The translations under genes were made by a program, and so were the position numbers. Source: Planctomicrobium piriforme (lineage in GTDB: Bacteria; Planctomycetota; Planctomycetia; Pirellulales; UBA1268). From it: a stretch of 64,000 nt of DNA. Below, piece by piece: positions 1 to 8,879 of this stretch. Below the pieces are notes generated by a model. The model saw only the letters and a list, made by a program, of their open reading frames with translations. It was not told where the DNA came from and searched no databases. Position 1 is the stretch's first letter. Every line of letters starts with the position of its first letter. The stretch lies in contig CAMBUD010000001.1 of NCBI GenBank assembly GCA_945871035.1, forward strand, positions 17,609-81,608. Direction: 5' to 3'.

Positions 1-2
1 GA

Positions 3-806
3 TTGGGAGTGGTCGGCTTGATGAATGTGCAGTTTGCAGTGAAGCGCGAGGAAGGCAAGCAAACCCTCTACGTCATCGAAGTCAATCCGCGTGCCAGTCG
101 TACCGTTCCGTTTGTTTCCAAGGCGACTGGTCTTTCGGTGGCCAAGGTGGCAGTCAAGGTTATGGCGGGAATGAGCCTGGCAGAACAGGGAATCGATGCA
201 GATCCGGTGCCGTCTCACGTGAGCGTTAAGGAGAGTGTCTTTCCGTTTGTTAAGTTTGCTGGGGTCGACATTGTGCTCGGTCCGGAAATGCGATCGACAG
301 GCGAGGTGATGGGCGTCAGTGAGTGCTTCAGTATTGCCTTCGCAAAAAGTCAGATCGCCGCCGGTATTCTTCTGCCTGAAACGGGCCGGATTTTTCTAAG
401 CGTGGCCAGTCCGCAGGCGAAGGAAATAATGGTGGTTTTGGCGCGCCGCCTCATCGATATGGGTTTCGAACTGATTGCCACGGCTGGCACCGCTCGGTCG
501 TTGGCCGACGCCGGTATTGCAGTCGAGGTTGTCAAGAAACTTCAGGAGGGACATCCCAACCTGCTCGACCACTTGATCGACGGTCGTGTGCAGCTGATTT
601 TCAATACGCCGCGAGGGAAGGGCGCTCGCACAGACGAGGGGCGCATCCGTGCGGCAAGCGTGCTCTATGGTGTGCCGTGCATCACAACGTTGCCAGCAGC
701 CGAAGCCTGCGTGCGGGCCATGGAAGCCCTGCGCACGGAATCGCTTGGTGTGCAGGCGATTCAGGATCGCCTGCTTGTTACCCAAGCCTCTGCTGTGCCT
801 TCGTAG
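3..806 (+). CDS. carB: carbamoyl-phosphate synthase large subunit, C-terminal fragment (5' end lies outside the window)
   Basis: The ORF is open at the window edge. It contains 'YVIEVNPRASRTVPFVSKATG' followed by an MGS-like allosteric domain ('GFELIATAGTARSL...GIAVEVVKKLQEGHPN'). Confidence 0.9.
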   Translation: MGVVGLMNVQFAVKREEGKQTLYVIEVNPRASRTVPFVSKATGLSVAKVAVKVMAGMSLAEQGIDADPVPSHVSVKESVFPFVKFAGVDIVLGPEMRSTGEVMGVSECFSIAFAKSQIAAGILLPETGRIFLSVASPQAKEIMVVLARRLIDMGFELIATAGTARSLADAGIAVEVVKKLQEGHPNLLDHLIDGRVQLIFNTPRGKGARTDEGRIRAASVLYGVPCITTLPAAEACVRAMEALRTESLGVQAIQDRLLVTQASAVPS

Positions 807-838
807 AAATAGGACAAGCAGCACTGTGGGCTGGCGCC

Positions 839-3061
839 TTACTTTTTCACAAGTCGCCAGGCACGGTGGATGCGGTCGTTGCGAAAGTCTTCGGGGATTG
901 TGCGGTTGGTGATCTCGCGAATTGTGTAACACGCCGCTAACTGTTGTTCGGCAAAATGAAACCGGCGGAAGTTTGTCGAAAAATAGACAATGCCTCCAGG
1001 TACGAGTTGCTGGGCCGCCCTTTCCAGCAGCGCGGCATGGTCGTGCTCGATGTCCCACGGTGTTTCACTTTTTGCCGAGCGGGAAAAGGTGGGCGCATCG
1101 ACTACGATTAGGTCAAAGGGTTGTTCGCCACGTTGGGCCCGGTATTCGAGGAATGCCCGCGACTCATCCCGCACCGTGCGATGCCGACCAGCGTCCTTAA
1201 ATCCATTTTTGGAGAGATTGGTGCGCGTCCATTCAAGATACGTGTTGGAAAGATCGACGCTGACTGTTTCGATTGCGCCTCCGGCTGCAGCGTAGACCGA
1301 GAAACTGCCTGTGTAGCAGAAAAGATTCAACATTCGTTTGCCTTGTGAGTCTGCCCGTACCAGCGATCGGGTCTGTCGATGATCCAAAAATAAACCGGTG
1401 TCGAGGTAGTCGGAAAGGTTGACTTCAAATTCCAGCCCACCTTCTTTTACCGACAGAGCGGCGTGGCGTTGGTCGACTTTTTCGTACTGTCCGCCGGCCC
1501 GCTGCCGCTTGCGCATCTTTAAAAATGTTTGTCCGATCGGGATCCCCAGTTCCAACGCTGCCGCCTCAATCATCTTGTCGAGCCAGACGTCGTGCTCGAT
1601 TTCGGTGCGTTCGTGTGGCCGTTCGTACTCGGCTGCATGCAGCCACCCGGCATAGCAGTCGATGACAAGCGGAATCTCAGGGATATCGCGGTCATAAATG
1701 CGAAAGGCCTCGATTCCCTGTCGCCGCGCCCACTTGGAAAGATGTTTAAACCGTTTGGCCAGCCGACGACGAAAATCACCAATCTGATCGTCAATCGACC
1801 GCAGGGGGCGTCTGCCCTGGAATGCAAGCAAAGACGCAGCGGACAATGTCTGAGGTTGGTCGGTCTGCGAATCGGCATCGATGGGCTGCACGCCGGGTTC
1901 TGTCGCGTTAACCCGCAGCTCTGGAGTCGGATTTTCTAAGCGGTGCCGGATTTCAACTTCTAACAGCCGGCATTGAATAGGGCCATTGAAGAGCAGCACG
2001 CGGTGCAACGGCCGCAAGCCGAGTTGCCCGGCAGCAGGTGTGTCGGCCGCTAAAATTGCCGCGCGCCAGCCGCCACACTGCGCGACCAGCCAGTCACCGA
2101 TTCGACGAAAGAGTGCAGCCGCACGGGGCAGCGGCAGGCGTTCGCCGTAGGGTGGATTGGTCACAACCAATCCAGCAGGGGCACTGGGCCGCACGCGTTC
2201 GAAATGGTTTTCTGTGATCACGATTGAATCGGCCACTCCCGCCGCGACTGCACAGGCACGAGTTGCTTCCACCGCTCTGCTATCGAGATCGCTTGCCGTA
2301 AAGCTTCCCACCGGCTTGTGCACGTTTGATTCAAGCTCCGCCAGTAATCGCTCGACAAGCGGCCGATCACAGTCTCGAAACTTGAAGAACCCATGTGCTT
2401 TCCTGCGCGCGCGGTACAGGCCAGGGGCAATGCCGGCGGCAATCGTAGCCGCTTCGATGATGAGCGTGCCGGAGCCACACATCGGGTCGAGCAGTGACTC
2501 CCCCGGTTGCCAGCCGGCTGTGGCCAGAATGCCCGCCGCCAGCACCTCGGAAAGAGGAGCCTCGACCTCACCCATGCGCCAGCCACGTTGGTGGAGCGAT
2601 CGTCCGGCAGCATCGCGAAAGATGGTGGCCGTTTTCCCGACTAAGTGGAGCGCTAGCCGTAGCGTTGCACCCCGCAACTGCACGTTCGGTCGCTTCCCGC
2701 TGGGCGTGCGGAGTTGATCCACGACGGCATCCTTGACGATTTGTGCAGCATAGAGTGAGTGCGTGAGGAACGTGTCGTGGATCACAGCATCAACGCGGAG
2801 TGTGTCGGACGTTTTCAACTGTTCTGTCCAATCGACTTCGAGCATCGCGCGATAGAGTGAATCGGTCGAGTCGACCTGAAATCGACCAAGTGGCTCCAGC
2901 ACTCGAATTGCCGTCCGGCTTTCTAGGACGGCGCGATAGAGTGTTTCGCGGTCACCTGCAAACTCGATGGTGCGCCGACCAATGCGGAGATCCGAGGCTC
3001 CGACCTGCTCGAGCTCCCGTGCCAGAATCCATTCCAGTCCTTCTAGTGTGCGCGCGGTCAT
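839..3061 (-). CDS. rlmL: fused 23S rRNA methyltransferase RlmKL-like (THUMP domain plus two SAM-dependent methyltransferase domains)
   Basis: N-terminal THUMP/UPF0020 module ('DPMCGSGTLIIEAA', 'VVTNPPYGERL') and a C-terminal second methyltransferase module ('LNLFCYTGSFSVYAA', 'DLIVVDAPTFS'). The ORF extends to 3193. I prefer the ATG at 3061 ('MTARTLEGLEWILAREL'), which matches the usual RlmL N-terminus. Confidence 0.8.
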   Translation of the reverse strand: MTARTLEGLEWILARELEQVGASDLRIGRRTIEFAGDRETLYRAVLESRTAIRVLEPLGRFQVDSTDSLYRAMLEVDWTEQLKTSDTLRVDAVIHDTFLTHSLYAAQIVKDAVVDQLRTPSGKRPNVQLRGATLRLALHLVGKTATIFRDAAGRSLHQRGWRMGEVEAPLSEVLAAGILATAGWQPGESLLDPMCGSGTLIIEAATIAAGIAPGLYRARRKAHGFFKFRDCDRPLVERLLAELESNVHKPVGSFTASDLDSRAVEATRACAVAAGVADSIVITENHFERVRPSAPAGLVVTNPPYGERLPLPRAAALFRRIGDWLVAQCGGWRAAILAADTPAAGQLGLRPLHRVLLFNGPIQCRLLEVEIRHRLENPTPELRVNATEPGVQPIDADSQTDQPQTLSAASLLAFQGRRPLRSIDDQIGDFRRRLAKRFKHLSKWARRQGIEAFRIYDRDIPEIPLVIDCYAGWLHAAEYERPHERTEIEHDVWLDKMIEAAALELGIPIGQTFLKMRKRQRAGGQYEKVDQRHAALSVKEGGLEFEVNLSDYLDTGLFLDHRQTRSLVRADSQGKRMLNLFCYTGSFSVYAAAGGAIETVSVDLSNTYLEWTRTNLSKNGFKDAGRHRTVRDESRAFLEYRAQRGEQPFDLIVVDAPTFSRSAKSETPWDIEHDHAALLERAAQQLVPGGIVYFSTNFRRFHFAEQQLAACYTIREITNRTIPEDFRNDRIHRAWRLVKK

Positions 3062-3316
3062 GCGCGGAGGTTCATCCGGCGTAGGGGCCGCTAGAGGGCG
3101 GGGTGTCGAGGGAATGTGAGGGAACAGATCAGGCATGGGTTGTGCCTGCCAGCATACACGCCGCGAGAGGAGGAATCGATTGCAGGCGGTCATTGTCAGG
3201 AGACAAATCAGTCTGAAACAGGCTCGAGTTTGATCCCGTCACGGTCGTGGTGGTTGCGCCACACTCGATCAGGTGCTGCCACACAGGTTTGACGGTCGGC
3301 AAATAAAAAACCTACA

Positions 3317-4558
3317 GTGTTCACTATGAATGCAAGGAACTGGATAATTGGACTCCTCTTTTGTTGTGGGCCGCTCTGGGCAGTTGCTTGTCGGCCGGCA
3401 GATCCCACGCTGGTGAAGATCGTTTCCAGCCTGCCGCGCACCGGCAGCGCCAAGCAGCAGTCCGATACGCTGGTGCGTGGCATCCGCATGGCGATCGAGG
3501 AAGTCGGGAGCAAGGTCGGACCATTTCGGATTGAATATCTCGACCTCGACGATTCCACTGCGGCTGCCGGCCAGTGGACGAGTGAGGCCGAGGCAGCTAA
3601 TGCGCGGCGGGCCCTGCAAGATCCTGACGTCTGCGCGTACATCGGCACCTTCAACTCTGGTGCTGCCAAAGTATCGATGCCGATATTAAACCTCGGCGAT
3701 TTGCTGATGGTGTCGCCAGCCAACACAGCGGTTGGTCTTACCAAGCCCGGCTTGGGTGAGCCAGGAGAACCGGGTGTGTATCGCCCCACCGGGCGCATCA
3801 ACTACATGCGAGTCGTGCCGGCGGATGACTTGCAAGGACCGCTCTCGGCTGACTGGGCAAAAAAACGCGGTATCCAAAATGTCTATATCCTCGACGACAA
3901 TGAAGTCTATGGAAAAGGGCTCGCCGATTTATTTGATGAGCGATGCCGCGAGATCGGCATTGAGGTGCTCGGTCACGACTCGATCGATTCCAAGGCGCAG
4001 GAATTCAAATCATTGATGGCCAGCATCAAGGCTCTTGCGCCCGACTTGATTTATTTTGGCGGTACGACGCAGAGCAAGGGCGGGCAACTCGCCAAGGACA
4101 TGACCAGCGCCGGTATTCAGGCCATGCTACTCGTGCCCGATGGCTGTCGCGAACAGGTGTTTATCGATTCGGCCGGCGCGGCCAATCTCGAGGGCCGCTG
4201 TTTTGTCACCTTTGGCGGCCTGCCGCCGGAAAAACTGACCGGCAGAGGCCGCAAGTTTGTCGAGCGTTATCGCGAAAAGTTTGGGGAAACACCGGAGGCA
4301 TACGCCGTCTATGGCTACGAGGCCGCCTGCGTGGCGTTGCTTGCCATCAACAATGCCGGCACGAAAAATCGCCGCGCAATCACCGACGCAGCTTTGGCCC
4401 TGCGAGACTTCGACGGGGCGCTGGGCCGTTGGAGTTTCGATGAAAATGGTGACACAACGATGCGCACCCTGACAGTGAGCGGTGTGAAAAACGGCCGCTT
4501 TGAATTTGAGGAGATCTTAAACGCCACCACCGCGGGCAGCGAAGACACCACCGAGTAA
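3317..4558 (+). CDS. branched-chain amino acid ABC transporter substrate-binding lipoprotein (LivK/LivJ family)
   Basis: Signal peptide with a lipobox-like 'LWAVAC', a type-I periplasmic binding fold by sequence character, and position ahead of livHMGF-type genes. An alternative ATG start lies at 3326. Confidence 0.8.
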   Translation: MFTMNARNWIIGLLFCCGPLWAVACRPADPTLVKIVSSLPRTGSAKQQSDTLVRGIRMAIEEVGSKVGPFRIEYLDLDDSTAAAGQWTSEAEAANARRALQDPDVCAYIGTFNSGAAKVSMPILNLGDLLMVSPANTAVGLTKPGLGEPGEPGVYRPTGRINYMRVVPADDLQGPLSADWAKKRGIQNVYILDDNEVYGKGLADLFDERCREIGIEVLGHDSIDSKAQEFKSLMASIKALAPDLIYFGGTTQSKGGQLAKDMTSAGIQAMLLVPDGCREQVFIDSAGAANLEGRCFVTFGGLPPEKLTGRGRKFVERYREKFGETPEAYAVYGYEAACVALLAINNAGTKNRRAITDAALALRDFDGALGRWSFDENGDTTMRTLTVSGVKNGRFEFEEILNATTAGSEDTTE

Positions 4559-4623
4559 AACTATGCGACCGAACCAAGCGGGTTTGTTTTGCCGATAATC
4601 CATTCACAGTAAAAGAGCGATTT

Positions 4624-5541
4624 TTGTCCGTACAGTTTTTCCTGCAGCAGTGTTTGATCGGGTTAACCAATGGTGCACTCATTGCTCTGGTGGCACTCGG
4701 CTACACCATGGTCTACGGCATCATTGGTCTCATCAATTTTGCGCACGGTGATTTGATTATGCTCGGCGCCTGCTTGGCCCTCTCGTTGGTGGCTGCCCTC
4801 GGGCTGGCCGCCGCTGGCCCAGCAACGACCTGGCTGGGGATTGGACTCTTGATCGTCTTGTGCGGTCTGTTTTGCGGCACACTGAACGTGGCCGTTGACC
4901 GATTTGTTTACAAGCCACTGCGAAACGCCCCAAAGCTCGCGCCGCTGGTTTCGGCCATTGGCGTATCGTTTATCTTTATGAACGTCGGTCTGTTCTGGAT
5001 CGGATCGGCCGACCGCTCGTTTCCCGAACTTCTGCCGTCGATCAACCTGCTGCCGGGTAACAGTCTGCAGTTCAATTGGAAAGATCTTCTGGTTGTGCTC
5101 GTGGTGGCGCCGCTGATGGTGGGTCTTTCACTGCTGGTGCGAGTCACGAGGCTCGGCAAGGCCATGCGGGCGGTTTCGCAGGATCCCACCGCGGCAGCTC
5201 TGGTGGGAATCGATGTCGATCAAGTGATTGCAGCTACATTTTTTATTGGTGGTTTTCTGGGTGGTGCCGCCAGCGTGATTTATGGTCTCTACATCAATAC
5301 CATCGGTTTTCAGATGGGGTTTCAAAACGGCCTTTATGCTTTTACAGCGGCCGTGCTGGGCGGTATCGGCAGCATCCCCGGCGCAGTCTTCGGTGGACTT
5401 GTCATCGGTTTAGTGCGTGCGTTGGCCAGTGCGTATGTGGGCGAGCGCTGGACCGGCGCCATCGTGTTTGCAATCCTGATCGTGATTCTGGTGTTCCGTC
5501 CAGAAGGGCTACTGGGGAGAAGAACCAGTGAGAAGGTCTAG
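4624..5541 (+). CDS. livH: branched-chain amino acid ABC transporter permease (LivH type)
   Basis: TTG start. 'FLQQCLIGLTNGALIALVALGYTMVYGIIGLINFAHGD' is a typical LivH N-terminus, and the protein is polytopic. Confidence 0.9.
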   Translation: MSVQFFLQQCLIGLTNGALIALVALGYTMVYGIIGLINFAHGDLIMLGACLALSLVAALGLAAAGPATTWLGIGLLIVLCGLFCGTLNVAVDRFVYKPLRNAPKLAPLVSAIGVSFIFMNVGLFWIGSADRSFPELLPSINLLPGNSLQFNWKDLLVVLVVAPLMVGLSLLVRVTRLGKAMRAVSQDPTAAALVGIDVDQVIAATFFIGGFLGGAASVIYGLYINTIGFQMGFQNGLYAFTAAVLGGIGSIPGAVFGGLVIGLVRALASAYVGERWTGAIVFAILIVILVFRPEGLLGRRTSEKV

Positions 5542-5589
5542 GGCAAAACGTCTGCCCCAAAACAAAAAAGCTAGTGGATAAAGTTAAAC

Positions 5590-6726
5590 ATGCAGAAGAA
5601 TGTTGCTTCGACTGACGCCGCCAGAAAAGCTGGTGGCGACTCGTTACCCGACGCGGTGCCCTTTGGGTCACAAATCACCCTGTGGCTGCGCGAGCGCTGG
5701 GATATTGTGGCAATTGCCTGCTTGGCGCTGGCGCCGCTCTTTATTCCAGCACTGGGCGGAGCACTGGGCGGACAGGTGACCACGCTGTTTATTTACTGCA
5801 TCCTTGCCCTGGGCCTGAATGTGATGGTGGGCTACACGGGGCTTGTGCATTTGGGGATTGCTGCTTTTTTTGGTATTGGCGCGTATGTGATGGCGATTCT
5901 GACGGTGCCAATGTATCCCTTCCAGATCGGTTTCCTGGCTGCCGCCATCCTCAGCACGCTCGTTGCCGCTGGAGTCGGGCTTGCCCTGGGCGCACCTACT
6001 TTACGGTTGCGTGGCGATTATCTGGCGATCGTCACGCTCGGGTTTGGAGAGGTTGTCAAGGTGACGCTCCGCAATCTCGAACAGATTACCGGTGGCATGA
6101 AAGGGCTCAATCCAGTGCCTCCACCCGGAGCAGGCGTGCAAATCGGCGGCATTGATCTAGGCCTGGCGTTCGCGATCGACCCGCGCTGGTTCTATTATCT
6201 ATCGTTGGGAGTGCTCATCGGGGTCGTGATTGCGATGCGCCGTTTGGAAAATTCACGACTCGGTCGCGCATGGGTTGCCGTGCGAGAGAATGAACTGGCG
6301 GCCTCAGCGATGGGCATCTCAGCCACGCGTGTCAAGCTCTCGGCATTTGCGATGTCGTCAGCCGTGGCCGGACTGGCAGGTTGCCTCTACGCAGCGAGTC
6401 TGTCGACAACAGCCGATCCAAATGCCTACGACTTCAACCGTTCGATCATGGTGCTCTGCGCGGTGATCTTGGGCGGCCTAGGCAGCATTCCCGGCACGCT
6501 CCTGGGCGTGACGATTCTCGTTGGCTTTGACACGGTGCTCGCACCGTGGGCCGACTCCTGGATCCAGCAGATGAATATCAATCCTACCGGTTCGAGCCTC
6601 CTTTCCTTTAGTGGTTGGCGACTGGCGATTTTTGGCGTGGCGCTTGTGCTCGTGATGCGGTTTCGTCCTGAGGGGCTTGTGCCCTCCCGCCGGTTGGCCG
6701 CTGAATTGCGTCAGGAGCATTCCTGA
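5590..6726 (+). CDS. livM: branched-chain amino acid ABC transporter permease (LivM type)
   Basis: 'LALGLNVMVGYTGLVHLGIAAFFGIGAY', 'LRLRGDYLAIVTLGFGE'. Operon position supports the call. Confidence 0.9.
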   Translation: MQKNVASTDAARKAGGDSLPDAVPFGSQITLWLRERWDIVAIACLALAPLFIPALGGALGGQVTTLFIYCILALGLNVMVGYTGLVHLGIAAFFGIGAYVMAILTVPMYPFQIGFLAAAILSTLVAAGVGLALGAPTLRLRGDYLAIVTLGFGEVVKVTLRNLEQITGGMKGLNPVPPPGAGVQIGGIDLGLAFAIDPRWFYYLSLGVLIGVVIAMRRLENSRLGRAWVAVRENELAASAMGISATRVKLSAFAMSSAVAGLAGCLYAASLSTTADPNAYDFNRSIMVLCAVILGGLGSIPGTLLGVTILVGFDTVLAPWADSWIQQMNINPTGSSLLSFSGWRLAIFGVALVLVMRFRPEGLVPSRRLAAELRQEHS

Positions 6727-6764
6727 ATGGCTCATTACTGTCACGGCTGGGTAAGAGGTAATCG

Positions 6765-8102
6765 ATGAAAACGAGACGGCCGACTATCCCTAGCGCAGGC
6801 CCAGCCGACACGCCGCTCCTCGAACTTGAACGCCTCAGCGTGCGATTTGGTGGAATTGTTGCAGTTTCAGAACTCAACCTCGACGTTGCTCGGGGAAGTG
6901 TTGCGGCGGTGATTGGGCCCAACGGCGCCGGCAAGACAACGGTCTTCAACTGCATCAGTGGCATCTACGCGCCCTCGTCCGGAACAGTGCGTTTTGAAGG
7001 ACACCGACTGGAACGATCGTTTACTGCGGCTACGTTCTGGGGGGCAATGGGAATTGGCCTGTTGACCGGTCTGCTCTTTGCCGCTGCTGCAGTCGACGTC
7101 GATCGACTCTGGCTAGCCGTAGTGAAGCGAGGCATGATCACCGGCGCACCATTCACGCTGTCGGGTGCGGCATCCCGATTGCGGGGCTACTTTCGCGCCG
7201 AGTTGGCAATCGATCAAATGGCCGGTAAGTGGCGTGTCGTGAGTGCCGACGGCTTGGATGTGCTGGCGATCAAGCGCGATCTCGAAGAAGCCAAGGCACT
7301 GCGTAATGATTTGCAGGCGGCCGTGACGGCGCGTCGCATCGGTCCAGGCACGGTTCCCGATACCAGTGACATGGCGGATGCGAGTGGAAAAGGATCGCCT
7401 GCAATGAGTGTGCTACCGGTGAAAGAGGCAGTGCTCAACCGGCTGGCAGCGGGAAAAAAACGGATTCGTGAACGCGGCTGGCTGGGTCTTATCGTCGGTT
7501 GGGCTCTGGGCACCGCTGGTACGATTGCCGTTTGGCAGAGGGGCAGACGCTCGGCACACGTTGTCGCGCAAGCTGGAATCTCGCGCACATTTCAAAACAT
7601 CCGTCTGTTCTCCAGCATGACGGTATTAGAAAATGTGTTGGTTGGCCTTGATCGCTCAATTCCAGGTGGCGTGCTGGGGATGCTCTTTCATTCCCCAGCA
7701 AACCGGCGCGGTGAAGAGGCGGCCCGCTGTCGTGCGATTGACGCGCTTCATTTTGTCGACCTTGTTTCTCAGGCGAATCGCATCGCGGGTCAGCTTCCCT
7801 ACGGTGATCAGCGGCGCCTGGAGATTGCCCGCGCATTGGCGACCGGCGCCACGCTGTTGCTCCTCGATGAACCGGCGGCTGGCATGAATCCATCCGAAAC
7901 CACAGAACTTGCCCGACTGGTAGAGCGGATCCGCGAACGCGGCGTAACCGTGCTGCTGATTGAGCACCATATGAATGTGGTGATGCGAGTCAGCGATCGC
8001 GTGACCGTGCTCGATCACGGTGTCAAGATTGCCGAGGGTACGCCGGCCGAGGTGAAACGCGATAAAAAAGTGATTGAGGCCTATCTGGGCACAGAGGCTT
8101 AA
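6765..8102 (+). CDS. livG: branched-chain amino acid ABC transporter ATP-binding protein (LivG type) with a large internal insertion
   Basis: Walker A 'GPNGAGKTT', Q-loop 'SRTFQNIRLF', signature 'LPYGDQRRLEIARAL', Walker B 'LLLLDEPAAG', and a LivG-type C-terminus 'VIEAYLG'. At 445 aa it carries an extra ~180 aa between Walker A and the Q-loop. Confidence 0.9.
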   Translation: MKTRRPTIPSAGPADTPLLELERLSVRFGGIVAVSELNLDVARGSVAAVIGPNGAGKTTVFNCISGIYAPSSGTVRFEGHRLERSFTAATFWGAMGIGLLTGLLFAAAAVDVDRLWLAVVKRGMITGAPFTLSGAASRLRGYFRAELAIDQMAGKWRVVSADGLDVLAIKRDLEEAKALRNDLQAAVTARRIGPGTVPDTSDMADASGKGSPAMSVLPVKEAVLNRLAAGKKRIRERGWLGLIVGWALGTAGTIAVWQRGRRSAHVVAQAGISRTFQNIRLFSSMTVLENVLVGLDRSIPGGVLGMLFHSPANRRGEEAARCRAIDALHFVDLVSQANRIAGQLPYGDQRRLEIARALATGATLLLLDEPAAGMNPSETTELARLVERIRERGVTVLLIEHHMNVVMRVSDRVTVLDHGVKIAEGTPAEVKRDKKVIEAYLGTEA

Positions 8103-8113
8103 AGGAAAACGCA

Positions 8114-8827
8114 ATGCCGATGCTTGAGGTGCAGGAACTTGAAGCAGGTTACGGACCGATCCAGGCGCTCAATGCCGTATCGCTCGAGGTTCGAGAGGGT
8201 GAACTCATTGCAATTATTGGTGCTAATGGTGCCGGTAAAACGAGCCTGCTGATGGCAATCTCGGGCATCATTTCGGCACGCAGAGGACAGGTGTTGTTTT
8301 GCGGCAGATCGATCACAGGGCTTAAGCCACATGCGATCGTGCGGTTGGGCATCGGACACTCACCGGAAGGACGAAGAATCTTTCCGCGCCTCACGGTTCG
8401 CGAGAATCTCGAACTCGGTGGCTTCACGCAGCGCGATGCCTGGCAACTGAAACGCGACATCGCCGAAGTGTGTGAGTTGTTCCCCGTGTTAGGCACCCGC
8501 ATGAACCAGCTTGGCGGCACGCTGTCTGGCGGTGAACAGCAGATGCTCGCTGTGGCCCGTGCGTTGGTAGGCCGACCAACGCTACTCCTTCTCGACGAGC
8601 CATCGCTGGGCCTGGCGCCGCTGGTGGTGGCCAAGCTTTTTTCAGTAATTGCAGGGCTCACCGCGCGCGGTATTGCTGTTGTGCTCGTCGAACAAAACGC
8701 CCGCGCAGCCCTCAAGCTCGCTGCCCGCGGCTACGTTCTTGAAGCTGGCCGGATCACGCTTTCTGGTAGCGGCCAAGAGTTGGCATCTGACAATCGCGTT
8801 CGTGAGGCCTATCTCGGAGAGGGCTAA
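8114..8827 (+). CDS. livF: branched-chain amino acid ABC transporter ATP-binding protein (LivF type)
   Basis: 'GANGAGKTS', 'LSGGEQQMLAVARAL', 'LLLLDEPSLGLAP', 'VREAYLG'. Confidence 0.92.
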   Translation: MPMLEVQELEAGYGPIQALNAVSLEVREGELIAIIGANGAGKTSLLMAISGIISARRGQVLFCGRSITGLKPHAIVRLGIGHSPEGRRIFPRLTVRENLELGGFTQRDAWQLKRDIAEVCELFPVLGTRMNQLGGTLSGGEQQMLAVARALVGRPTLLLLDEPSLGLAPLVVAKLFSVIAGLTARGIAVVLVEQNARAALKLAARGYVLEAGRITLSGSGQELASDNRVREAYLGEG

Positions 8828-8879
8828 ACACCAGCCGCACAAAACGCATCAAAATTGCATGCCAACCCGCGTCCCCGCG

